From an uncultured Alphaproteobacteria bacterium (GTDB lineage Bacteria; Pseudomonadota; Alphaproteobacteria; GCA-002720895), in the NCBI GenBank assembly GCA_964396035.1, contig CAYNCC010000001.1, positions 1 to 49,165 of the forward strand: a stretch of DNA of 49,165 nucleotides. Reading direction: 5' to 3'. Shown piece by piece: positions 1 through 8,640 of this stretch (position 1 is the stretch's first letter; the number at the start of each line of letters is the position of its first letter). The translations under genes were made by a program, and so were the position numbers. The notes under the pieces are model-generated. The model saw nothing but the letters and a program-made list of their open reading frames with translations. It searched no databases and had not been told where the DNA came from.

Positions 1-1235
1 ATAATGTTAAAAAAATTATTCCATTAATGGAAAAAATTGCTTTTCAAGAATCTGGAACTTTGGGATTTATTAATCAGCCATCTATTTTTGGGAGAACAGC
101 TGGGGGTAGTAGAAAGATTGATATAAATTTTAGTGGTTCTGATTTAAATGAAATTTTAGATATAGCAAAAAAAGCTTTTTTTATTTCAACTAAAGTTTTT
201 CCTCAAAAAAATGGGAGTACTCAAATTACTCCTAAGCCAGGGTTAGAGCTTGGTACGCCAGAACTTAGATTTATTCCAGATATGGAAAAATTATCTGAAA
301 ATGGCATTACAGTAAAAGAATTTGCTAATAGTATGGATGCATTCAATGATGGCTTGTGGATTGATGAAATTGTTGCTGATGGAAAAAATATGGATCTAAG
401 AATAATTGGTAAAAAGGATCAAAATATTAATTTTACACAGCAAATAGCTAATATTCCTATTGTTTCAAAATCTGGAATTACCATTCCATTATCATCAGTT
501 TCTAAAAATGAAATTACCTCAAGCGCTGTTTCAATTCGTCATATTAACTTTAAAAGAACGGTTAGTTTGCAAATTAGGCCCCCTTCTCAAATTCCTTTAG
601 AAGTTGCAATAAAAATATTAGATGATGCAGTTGTAAAAAGTTTGAGTGATGAGGCATTTGAAAAAGGTATTACAATAAACTTATCAGGAACTGCTGATAA
701 ATTATCTCAAACCTTGGACTCAATGTTGATAACAATCTTCGTTGCTTTAATCTTAGTTTTCTTAAGTTTAGCAATTTTATTACAAAGTTTTATTTTATCA
801 CTGGTTATTATGATTGCTGTTCCTCTTGCAACAGCTGGGGGTTTTGTTGGCCTAAAAATTCTTAATCTGTTTACTTATCAAGCTCTAGATATGTTAACAC
901 TTCTTGGGTTTTTAATTTTAATAGGAATAGTAGTTAATAACTCAATTTTATTAGTGCTTCAAACCGTAGATTTAATTAGACAAAAAAAGATAGCTAAGAT
1001 AGATGCAATTTTTGAATCTGCAAGAACAAGAGTAAGGCCGATTTTTATGTCTACATTAACTAGTATATTTGGAATGTTCCCATTAGTGTTATTTCCCGGT
1101 GCTGGCTCAGAATTGTATAAAGGTTTAGGTTCAGTTGTAATTGGTGGGTTGTTTTTTTCAGCTATTCTAATTTTAGTAATCGTGCCTGCTTTATTAACTT
1201 TAGCCATTAATGAAAAAAAAATAATTAATAATTAA
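1..1235 (+). CDS. RND (AcrB-type) efflux transporter permease, C-terminal ~410 aa; the 5' end lies outside the window
   Basis: The frame of ORF 27..1235 stays open back to base 3. A soluble loop region is followed by a bundle of hydrophobic helices (LTLLGFLILIGIVVNNSILLV, PIFMSTLTSIFGMFPLV), typical of the last six TM segments of RND pumps. Confidence 0.8.
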   Translation, partial: NVKKIIPLMEKIAFQESGTLGFINQPSIFGRTAGGSRKIDINFSGSDLNEILDIAKKAFFISTKVFPQKNGSTQITPKPGLELGTPELRFIPDMEKLSENGITVKEFANSMDAFNDGLWIDEIVADGKNMDLRIIGKKDQNINFTQQIANIPIVSKSGITIPLSSVSKNEITSSAVSIRHINFKRTVSLQIRPPSQIPLEVAIKILDDAVVKSLSDEAFEKGITINLSGTADKLSQTLDSMLITIFVALILVFLSLAILLQSFILSLVIMIAVPLATAGGFVGLKILNLFTYQALDMLTLLGFLILIGIVVNNSILLVLQTVDLIRQKKIAKIDAIFESARTRVRPIFMSTLTSIFGMFPLVLFPGAGSELYKGLGSVVIGGLFFSAILILVIVPALLTLAINEKKIINN

Positions 1236-1456
1236 AGACTTTTACAAATAGAAATTATAAAAACATTATCTTTTTTAACTAAACTTTGAAATAAGCAATT
1301 CTTAACTTCACAGAATGCCTTAAAATCTTTTATTGCTTGAGGATCAGTAGTTAAAATCTCTAATATGTCTCCAGTATTTAATTTTTTTATTATTTTCTCT
1401 GCTTTTAATACTGGTATAGGACATCTTAGACCTTTAACATTTAAAATTCTTTTCAT
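1232..1456 (-). CDS. TusA/SirA-family sulfur carrier protein
   Basis: 74 aa. N-terminal LNVKGLRCPIPVLK contains the CPxP active-site motif, and the size is typical of the family. Confidence 0.75.
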   Translation of the reverse strand: MKRILNVKGLRCPIPVLKAEKIIKKLNTGDILEILTTDPQAIKDFKAFCEVKNCLFQSLVKKDNVFIISICKSL

Positions 1457-1516
1457 AAAAAAAATAATTAAAAGACTTGAAATTATCCTCCTTTTAAGGA
1501 AAAATTATATATAAAA

Positions 1517-1948
1517 ATGCTAATTAGAGATATATTAAAAGGTAAAGGTAATAAAGTATTTACTGCTACACAGAACACTACTATTGGTGAGATTTCTAGC
1601 ACTTTAGCAAAAGAAAATATCGGTGCAATAGTTATAACTGAAGGTGATAAAGTTGTAGGAATATTATCGGAAAGAGACATTGTAAGAGGTTTCACTCAAC
1701 AAAATGAATCTGTTAGAAATACTAAAGCTAAAGAATTAATGACAAAAAATGTAATTACCTGCACACATGAAGATTCAAGTGAAGAATTACTTGATTTGAT
1801 GGTAAAAAAACATTTTAGGCATATGCCTGTTATCGAAAAAGATAAATTGATTGGTGTAATAAGTATAGGTGATTTAGTAAAAGATCGAACTAAAAGATTA
1901 AAAAAAGAAATTGATCATTTAAAAACATACGTGACTAAATCTTATTAA
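1517..1948 (+). CDS. CBS domain pair protein
   Basis: Two CBS-like repeats: GAIVITEGDKVVGILSERDIV and RHMPVIEKDKLIGVISIGDLV. Confidence 0.8.
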   Translation: MLIRDILKGKGNKVFTATQNTTIGEISSTLAKENIGAIVITEGDKVVGILSERDIVRGFTQQNESVRNTKAKELMTKNVITCTHEDSSEELLDLMVKKHFRHMPVIEKDKLIGVISIGDLVKDRTKRLKKEIDHLKTYVTKSY

Positions 1949-2048
1949 ATTATGTTTTTTATTATTATCTATAAATAGATCTTTTTTAGATTGATTATCT
2001 GATTTATATAAGTAAATGTTTGTATAGAATATTTAATATCGTTTTTAC

Positions 2049-3020
2049 ATGAACTTATTTTTTAAAATTTTATTTTCCTTAATTGTAGTTTTTTACTTCA
2101 GTACTAATGCTATTTCAAAAACTAATGAATTAAATATTGGATTATTAAAATTTGGTAGCGTAAATTGGGAAATAGATATTATTAAGTCTAATGGGTTAGA
2201 TACAAAAAATAATATAAAAATAAAAACCAAATTCTTTTCCAATAAAAATGCTGCAACTATTGCTTTGCAAGGTGGAGCAGTAGATATGATTGTGACAGAT
2301 TGGGTATGGGTTTCTAGGCAAAGATCAGAAAATAGGAAATATGTTTTTTATCCACAGTCGATGGCATTAGGTGGTATTATAGTTCATCATGATTCAGATA
2401 TACTAAATTTAAGTGATTTAAAAAATAAAAAATTAGGTATTGCAGGAAGTTCTATAGATAAAAGTTGGTTATTATTAAGAGCATACTCAAAAAAAACATT
2501 AAATGAAGATCCAAAGAAATTTCTTAAACCTATTTATGCTGCCCCACCACTTTTAAATGAATTAATAGTAAGAAACGAATTAGATGCAGTTTTGAACTAC
2601 TGGCATTATAAAGCTCGTTTAGAAGCACAGGGATTGAGGGAATTAATTTCAGTTCAAGAAATTTTAAATGGCCTTGGAATTAAAACTAAAATACCTTCAT
2701 TTGGATGGGTATTTAGTGAAAAATTTGCTAAAGAAAATCCTGATCTAATAAATAACTTTTTTAATGCATCTGTAGAAGCAAAAAAAATAATGCTTTCTTC
2801 AGATACTGAATGGGAAAGAATTTTTCCTTTAACCAAAGCAAACGATAGATCTGCTCTAATAAGTTTACGAGACACATACCGTAGAGGTATTCCTCTAAAT
2901 TTTGGCGATAAAGAAATTAATGAAACAAAAAAAGTGTTTAATATTTTGGCCCAATATGGCGGAAGAGATTTGGTAGGTAAAAATAGTGAAATATCACCTG
3001 GAACGTTCTGGAGAAAGTAA
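2049..3020 (+). CDS. ABC transporter periplasmic substrate-binding protein (NitT/TauT, NMT1/THI5-like type)
   Basis: N-terminal signal peptide, a binding-protein-like sequence, and position directly upstream of the cognate permease and ATPase. The substrate cannot be inferred. Confidence 0.6.
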   Translation: MNLFFKILFSLIVVFYFSTNAISKTNELNIGLLKFGSVNWEIDIIKSNGLDTKNNIKIKTKFFSNKNAATIALQGGAVDMIVTDWVWVSRQRSENRKYVFYPQSMALGGIIVHHDSDILNLSDLKNKKLGIAGSSIDKSWLLLRAYSKKTLNEDPKKFLKPIYAAPPLLNELIVRNELDAVLNYWHYKARLEAQGLRELISVQEILNGLGIKTKIPSFGWVFSEKFAKENPDLINNFFNASVEAKKIMLSSDTEWERIFPLTKANDRSALISLRDTYRRGIPLNFGDKEINETKKVFNILAQYGGRDLVGKNSEISPGTFWRK

Positions 3021-3804
3021 AAATTATAAATTATTTAATTTTCTAAATTTCAAATCATTATTTAAGAATGATTTAATTAGAAGATTATATTCAATTATAA
3101 TATTTGTTTTACTTTGGGGTCTTATTGCGAATTTAATCAATGATACAAAATTTTTACCTTCGCCAAAAGAAGTTATGGTTTCTATCAATTATCATGCTTC
3201 CCAAGAATTATTCCAACATATAACTATTACTTTATATCGAGTTTTTGCATCATTCTTTATTGCTATGATAATCGGCATTGCTATAGGACTAGTAATGGGA
3301 AGAAAAAAAACATTTGATGATTATTTTGATGGTTGGCTAATATTGGCGCTAAATATACCTGCTTTAGTTACTATTATTTTATGTTTTATATGGTTTGGAT
3401 TAAATGAGATGGCAGCAATTATTGCTGTAGCAATAAATAAAATACCTACTGTTACGGTAATAATAAGAGAAGGAGCTAAAGCGCTGGACAACAAATTAAT
3501 TGATATAGGAAAAATTTATAATCTAACAAAATTAAATATTATAAAAAGAATAATTCTACCTCAGTTATTTCCATATATTATTTCATCTGCTAGATCAGGA
3601 TTAGCTCTAATTTGGAAAATAGTATTAGTAGTCGAATTATTAGGAAGATCTAATGGTGTTGGTTTCAAAATTAATGAATTTTTTTCAATGTTCGATACCA
3701 CATCAATACTTGCTTATACTCTTACATTTGTTGCCTTTGTTATGGCTATAGAATGGTTTGGAATAAAACCATTAGAAAGAAAATTAACTGAATGGAGGAT
3801 GTAA
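2986..3804 (+). CDS. ABC transporter permease (NitT/TauT family)
   Basis: Multi-span membrane protein between the binding-protein and ATPase genes. The true start is uncertain because the ORF overlaps the upstream gene by 35 nt. Confidence 0.75.
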   Translation: MKYHLERSGESKNYKLFNFLNFKSLFKNDLIRRLYSIIIFVLLWGLIANLINDTKFLPSPKEVMVSINYHASQELFQHITITLYRVFASFFIAMIIGIAIGLVMGRKKTFDDYFDGWLILALNIPALVTIILCFIWFGLNEMAAIIAVAINKIPTVTVIIREGAKALDNKLIDIGKIYNLTKLNIIKRIILPQLFPYIISSARSGLALIWKIVLVVELLGRSNGVGFKINEFFSMFDTTSILAYTLTFVAFVMAIEWFGIKPLERKLTEWRM

Positions 3805-3808
3805 AATT

Positions 3809-4552
3809 TTGAATTTTTTAAATATAAATATTAAAAAAAAAATTTTTTTCTTAAAAATAAATAATAAAAAGAAAGATAATTTAATTTTTAAAAATCTTAC
3901 TTTAAAAATACCTAAAGGGGAATTTACTTGTATTTTTGGACCTTCTGGTTGTGGAAAAACTACTTTATTAAATATAATATCTGGCCTTGATAATGAATAT
4001 AATGGAAAAGTAGATTTCAATAATGAAAGTTTAAAATCAAAAAAAAATAAAATAGGGTATATGTTTCAATCTCCAAGATTGTTTCCATGGCTTACAGCAA
4101 TTGAAAATATTAGATTTCCTATAAAAAAAAGAAATGATAGTTTAAAAAATGCAAGATTATTACTTAAAATGGTTGGGTTAGAGAAATTTGAAAACTCTTT
4201 TCCTCATAAATTATCAGGAGGAATGCAAAGAAGAATTTCTCTTGCTAGGGCTTTTTCAACTAATCCAAACTTACTCCTTTTAGATGAGCCATTTATTTCA
4301 TTAGACAAAAATATTGCTGATCAATTAAGAAGTCTATTAATAAATTTATGGAAAAAAAACAAACCTACAATTGTTTTTGTAACACATGATTTAGATGAAG
4401 CTATTAGTCTTTCAGACAGAATTATTTTTATATCAAAATTACCAAGCAAGATTCAATTAGACTATAAAATTAATTTGCGAAGACCTAGAAATGTTGACAC
4501 CACAAAAATTAAATCATTAAAAAGATTGTTAAGTGCTACTGTTAAAAATTAA
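3809..4552 (+). CDS. ABC transporter ATP-binding protein
   Basis: Walker A GPSGCGKTT, signature LSGGMQRR, Walker B LLLLDEPF. TTG start lies 8 nt after a GGAGGA. Confidence 0.9.
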   Translation: MNFLNINIKKKIFFLKINNKKKDNLIFKNLTLKIPKGEFTCIFGPSGCGKTTLLNIISGLDNEYNGKVDFNNESLKSKKNKIGYMFQSPRLFPWLTAIENIRFPIKKRNDSLKNARLLLKMVGLEKFENSFPHKLSGGMQRRISLARAFSTNPNLLLLDEPFISLDKNIADQLRSLLINLWKKNKPTIVFVTHDLDEAISLSDRIIFISKLPSKIQLDYKINLRRPRNVDTTKIKSLKRLLSATVKN

Positions 4553-4619
4553 TAAATTTATTGATTTTGTGATAAAATGAAATCTATTGATTCAGTTAAA
4601 GAGATTTACAAAATAAAGT

Positions 4620-4642
4620 TGTTGCTAAATTGCAACATTTTT
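4620..4642 (+). terminator. Weak intrinsic terminator after the ABC transporter operon
   Basis: TGTTGC-TAAATT-GCAACA hairpin (6-bp stem) followed by TTTTT. Confidence 0.35.
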
Positions 4643-4840
4643 ACTAAAAAAAACCTATTCTTACTATAGGTCAAAAAGCGTAAATATAATATAAGTGTTT
4701 GTTTTTACTTAATTATACTGATAATATGCCTTTTTTAATAAAATCCAGGTATTATGACTAGATAAAATATATTGCACTTTATAACAAATTATTAATATTA
4801 TATCTAATTATTATTAACTTTTTCTTTTAGGGAGGCTTTT

Positions 4841-6067
4841 ATGTTAGAAAAGAAAAAATTATTAGGCGCGGCCGCTGGTGTTGCACTTGCAACAGCTATG
4901 GCAGCTCCTGCGGATGCTAAAGTTACATTAATGGCAGATGAACCATCAGGTTGGGAATTCTCTGTTGATGGTAATGTTAATGCATTCTATGTTTATTCAT
5001 CTGGAACTGAGGATGCCAATCTTGGTACTGCTCATGCTGTTTCTAGAATGAATAACAATGACAGATCAAGAGTAAGAACTGGTCTATTACCTTCAAAATT
5101 TGGTTTTGGAGTACAAGGTCCGGCTTCTAATGGCGTACAACTTAGAGGTTATTTTGGTCTGTATCCACAAATACAAAATGCAAATACTAAAACTGCTCGT
5201 GGTGCTCAAATAGATATGAGAGAAATCTATGCTGCTGCTTCTGGTGATTTTGGTGAAGTACTTTTTGGTAGAACTTTAAGTTTATTCCAAAGAAATGCAA
5301 TTGTGCAAGATATGACATTATTTGGAGTTGGTGCTGATCACGGTGGTGATGCTGGTACTACTCTTGGTCGTATCGGTTTTGGTTATGTATATCCTGACTT
5401 TAATGCTTCATTTAGATATACTAGCCCAAGTTATAATGGCACAACTCTTAGTGTCGGATTTTATAATCCATCTCAAATCAGATCTACTACTGATGGTGCA
5501 GGTGTAGCAGCTACTCATACTGGTGCTGATTTTCCAAGAGTTGAAGCTGAACTTAATATTAATTTAAGTCAAATCAGTGAAGGCTCTAATTTAGTTGTTT
5601 CTGGTATGCATCAAGGTACTGATGATGCAGATGGTGACATTGAGGCTCAAGGTATTCACGTTGGTGGAACTTTAGCTCAAGGTCCTTTTGCTCTAACAGC
5701 TCACTATTACAATGGTGAATGTTTAGGTATTACACTACAAATGGATCTCAGTGCACTAAGTGGTGACAGTCAATGTCGTGATGCTGATGGTTATTATGTT
5801 CAAGGAACATATAATTATGGCTCCGGTAAAGTCGGTGCATCATGGGGTGGTTCTTATCAAGACAAAGTTGGTACTGATAGCGCAACTGCTTATGATGAAA
5901 AGGAAGAGCAAGAAATGCTAACCTTTGGTATTTATCACAATGCAGCTCCTGAGTGGCTATGGGTTGCTGAGTACTCTCATGCTGAAGAAGGATGGTATGA
6001 TGTAGATGCTGGTGATAAAGATGCGGAAAGTGATATCTTTTCTGTAGGTATGTTTTACCTTTGGTAA
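4841..6067 (+). CDS. Outer-membrane porin (beta-barrel)
   Basis: Signal peptide ending AAPADA. G/A/T/Y/D-rich sequence with alternating pattern, and a C-terminal FSVGMFYLW beta-barrel signature ending in an aromatic residue. Strong AGGGAGG Shine-Dalgarno at 4829-4835, and GC visibly higher than the neighbouring genes. Confidence 0.8.
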   Translation: MLEKKKLLGAAAGVALATAMAAPADAKVTLMADEPSGWEFSVDGNVNAFYVYSSGTEDANLGTAHAVSRMNNNDRSRVRTGLLPSKFGFGVQGPASNGVQLRGYFGLYPQIQNANTKTARGAQIDMREIYAAASGDFGEVLFGRTLSLFQRNAIVQDMTLFGVGADHGGDAGTTLGRIGFGYVYPDFNASFRYTSPSYNGTTLSVGFYNPSQIRSTTDGAGVAATHTGADFPRVEAELNINLSQISEGSNLVVSGMHQGTDDADGDIEAQGIHVGGTLAQGPFALTAHYYNGECLGITLQMDLSALSGDSQCRDADGYYVQGTYNYGSGKVGASWGGSYQDKVGTDSATAYDEKEEQEMLTFGIYHNAAPEWLWVAEYSHAEEGWYDVDAGDKDAESDIFSVGMFYLW

Positions 6068-6106
6068 TGATATAAAAAAAGCTTTCCCTAAAAACGATTT
6101 ATAAAA

Positions 6107-6138
6107 GGACGTATCGCGGAAGGTACGTCCTTTTTTTT
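6107..6138 (+). terminator. Rho-independent terminator of the porin gene
   Basis: GGACGTA-(10 nt loop)-TACGTCC followed by T8. Confidence 0.85.
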
Positions 6139-6202
6139 GTTGCCTCTTATAAAAATAAATAATTTCCACATTTTTTATTTTTTTTATATAGTTATATCAA
6201 AA

Positions 6203-7246
6203 ATGGAAATAATGAAATTTAACCTACAAAAAATATATAAAAACAAAAAAGTAATTAATTTTCTTTTATTAATATTTTTTATTAACTTTTCTTTCTCACA
6301 AGAAATTATAGCTAAGCTTTCTGATAAATATGCTGTTAGAACTTATTACAAAGAAGCTCCAATTATGCCTGGAGCTGCAGAATACTTTGTTAGATCAGAA
6401 AAGATAGAAAAGAAAACTAAGCTTTTAAACAATCATCCAATTAAAATACCTTCTAATGTTCTAAATAGAATGTTTGCCCAATTATCTTATAAATATGATC
6501 GTGAAGAAAATGCTATTCCTCTATTCTCTAATAAAGAATTAAATCTATTATCTGACAATGTTTCAAAAGCATTATCAGTAGCCAGACCAAATGAAGATAT
6601 TACATTTGTTATAAAAGGCCCACATTCAAGTACAAGATGGTCGTTTAGAGAAGATAGATTAAACGCTGGAAGAATATTTGTAGCTAATAATCAATTAAAT
6701 ATTATTCTAGGTGCTGTTCAAGTTGGTTTACAACCTACTCTTCCTGAAAGATATCAAGGAAACGTCTGGGAAACGCAGTCTATAAGCTACGATATCGGTT
6801 ACAGGAAAAAAAAAGCTAAATTTGATGGTTTAATTATTGTTTATGACGAAAAAAAGAAAGGTATTTTTAGAAAATCAGCAAAAAGGAAGGATTGGTTTAT
6901 TTTTACCAATGTAGCATATAAAAGAGCTCTTGGTGTTGATAACAGTAATAAGCAACAAAAAGGAATGTCTGATGCAGAATATAAAGATCTTCAACGACAA
7001 ATAGATAGTCTACAAAAAAGAATTGGTAATGAAAAATCTACACCTGCACCTGTGCCTAAACGAAATGTAAAAAGAACACCAAAGAATCAATCTAATCAAA
7101 ATTTAAACTCAAATAAATCTTCAAAAAAGAATAATTCTATAATTCTAGAACAAAGATTAAAAACTATTGAAAGTCTTTTCAAAAAAGGAATTTTGTCTGA
7201 GGAGGAGTATCAGAGAAAAAGACAAGAAATTTTAAGCGGCATTTAA
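6203..7246 (+). CDS. Secreted hypothetical protein with C-terminal SHOCT-like domain
   Basis: The internal ATG at 6203 gives a signal peptide (MEIMKFN...FFINFSFSQE). A K/N/S-rich linker precedes a C-terminus (LEQRLKTIESLFKKGILSEEEYQRKRQEIL) that matches the SHOCT short C-terminal domain pattern. Confidence 0.5.
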   Translation: MEIMKFNLQKIYKNKKVINFLLLIFFINFSFSQEIIAKLSDKYAVRTYYKEAPIMPGAAEYFVRSEKIEKKTKLLNNHPIKIPSNVLNRMFAQLSYKYDREENAIPLFSNKELNLLSDNVSKALSVARPNEDITFVIKGPHSSTRWSFREDRLNAGRIFVANNQLNIILGAVQVGLQPTLPERYQGNVWETQSISYDIGYRKKKAKFDGLIIVYDEKKKGIFRKSAKRKDWFIFTNVAYKRALGVDNSNKQQKGMSDAEYKDLQRQIDSLQKRIGNEKSTPAPVPKRNVKRTPKNQSNQNLNSNKSSKKNNSIILEQRLKTIESLFKKGILSEEEYQRKRQEILSGI

Positions 7247-7253
7247 AAAGGGT

Positions 7254-8207
7254 ATGTACTCTCCCATAAAACCTAATAAAAGAATATTTTTAAAAGTTGA
7301 TAGTTTGCACACTTTGTATGTTGAAGAGTGTGGTAATAAAAAAGGCATCCCTGCCCTATACTTACATGGAGGTCCTGGTGGTTCAATAAACCCAAATAAC
7401 AGAAGAATCTTTAATCCAAGAAAATATAGAATTATACTTTTTGATCAAAGAGGATCAGGTAAAAGCAAACCTAACAAATTAACTAAACAAAACACAACGA
7501 ATGATTTAATAAATGATATAGAAAAAATAAGAGCAAAATTAGAAATAAAAAAATGGTTAATTGTTGGAGGATCCTGGGGATCAACATTAGGGTTAACTTA
7601 TAGTATTAAAAATCCTAGCAAAGTTTTAGGTTTAGTTTTAAGAGGTGTTTTTCTTGGATCTAAAGATGAAACTTTTTGGGCCTTTAATGATTCAGCAAAA
7701 TATTTTTACCCAGAATTAATAAACAAAATTGAGAATAAAATAAAAAAAAATAAAAAAAATAATATTTTTCTGGAATTAGGTAAAATGCTTGATAGTAAAA
7801 ATAAAAAAGAAAGAAAAATTGCATCAAATATTTGGCATGATTATGAAAGAATATTGTCTGTTTTAGATCCAGGGAATTTAAATATTTCAAATTTTTTCAA
7901 AAATATTTCAAAACAAAAAAAAATTCCTACTAGCCCTTTTTTAGAATGGCACTATGCAAAAAATAATTTTTTCATTAAAAAAAAAGAAATCGAATTGGGA
8001 TTAAAAAAAATTAAGAATATCCCTGCTATAATTATTCAAGGTAGATATGATTTGATATGTCCTCCTAAATCAGCTTTTTTTATTCACAAGAATTTATCGA
8101 ATTCTGTCCTAAAAATTATAGAAAATAGTGGTCATGCAACGTCAGAAAATAAAATTAAAGTAAATTTAATTAAGGCAATAAATGAAATTTATAAAAAAAT
8201 AAAATAA
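7254..8207 (+). CDS. pip: Proline iminopeptidase (alpha/beta hydrolase)
   Basis: LHGGPGG oxyanion motif, nucleophile elbow GGSWGSTL, FDQRGSGKS, C-terminal GH. 317 aa is typical. Confidence 0.85.
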   Translation: MYSPIKPNKRIFLKVDSLHTLYVEECGNKKGIPALYLHGGPGGSINPNNRRIFNPRKYRIILFDQRGSGKSKPNKLTKQNTTNDLINDIEKIRAKLEIKKWLIVGGSWGSTLGLTYSIKNPSKVLGLVLRGVFLGSKDETFWAFNDSAKYFYPELINKIENKIKKNKKNNIFLELGKMLDSKNKKERKIASNIWHDYERILSVLDPGNLNISNFFKNISKQKKIPTSPFLEWHYAKNNFFIKKKEIELGLKKIKNIPAIIIQGRYDLICPPKSAFFIHKNLSNSVLKIIENSGHATSENKIKVNLIKAINEIYKKIK

Positions 8208-8208
8208 A

Positions 8209-8607
8209 TTATTCTATTTTTTTAAGAATAGAACATCCTGCAATAGCGTCTCTACCACTATCTAAATAACATGTTTCAATTTTTTTCTTATTTATTATAG
8301 TGCCTATTACTTTACCATCGTCATCACTACTATCTGCCCAGAAAAAACCTTTTAAGTCTGATTTAATAACTCCAACAAATTCCTCTTTTCCATTCTTATG
8401 AATTACATATCCTTTGAATAATCTATTTTTTTGCTCTGTAATTTCAACAATATTGTTACTTTTAACAAACCCTTTTTTAATACTAGATTTAATATTCTCA
8501 CCTTCCCATTTACCAATTAAATTTGGTATTTTCTTAGAAAAAGCAATATTAGGTAAAAATAAAAAAATAAATATTAAAAAAATATTTAAATATAAATTTT
8601 TTTTCAT
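8209..8607 (-). CDS. Hypothetical secreted protein
   Basis: Signal peptide (LIFIFLFLPNIAFS). No recognisable motif. Confidence 0.45.
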   Translation of the reverse strand: MKKNLYLNIFLIFIFLFLPNIAFSKKIPNLIGKWEGENIKSSIKKGFVKSNNIVEITEQKNRLFKGYVIHKNGKEEFVGVIKSDLKGFFWADSSDDDGKVIGTIINKKKIETCYLDSGRDAIAGCSILKKIE

Positions 8608-8640
8608 AATATGTTATTAATTATTATTCAATTATAAAAA

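Noticed and set aside
4577-4672. 31-aa ORF (MKSIDSVKEIYKIKLLLNCNIFTKKNLFLL) in the porin upstream spacer
   Set aside because: It has no ribosome-binding site and runs through two terminator-like hairpins. An ORF of this length is expected by chance.
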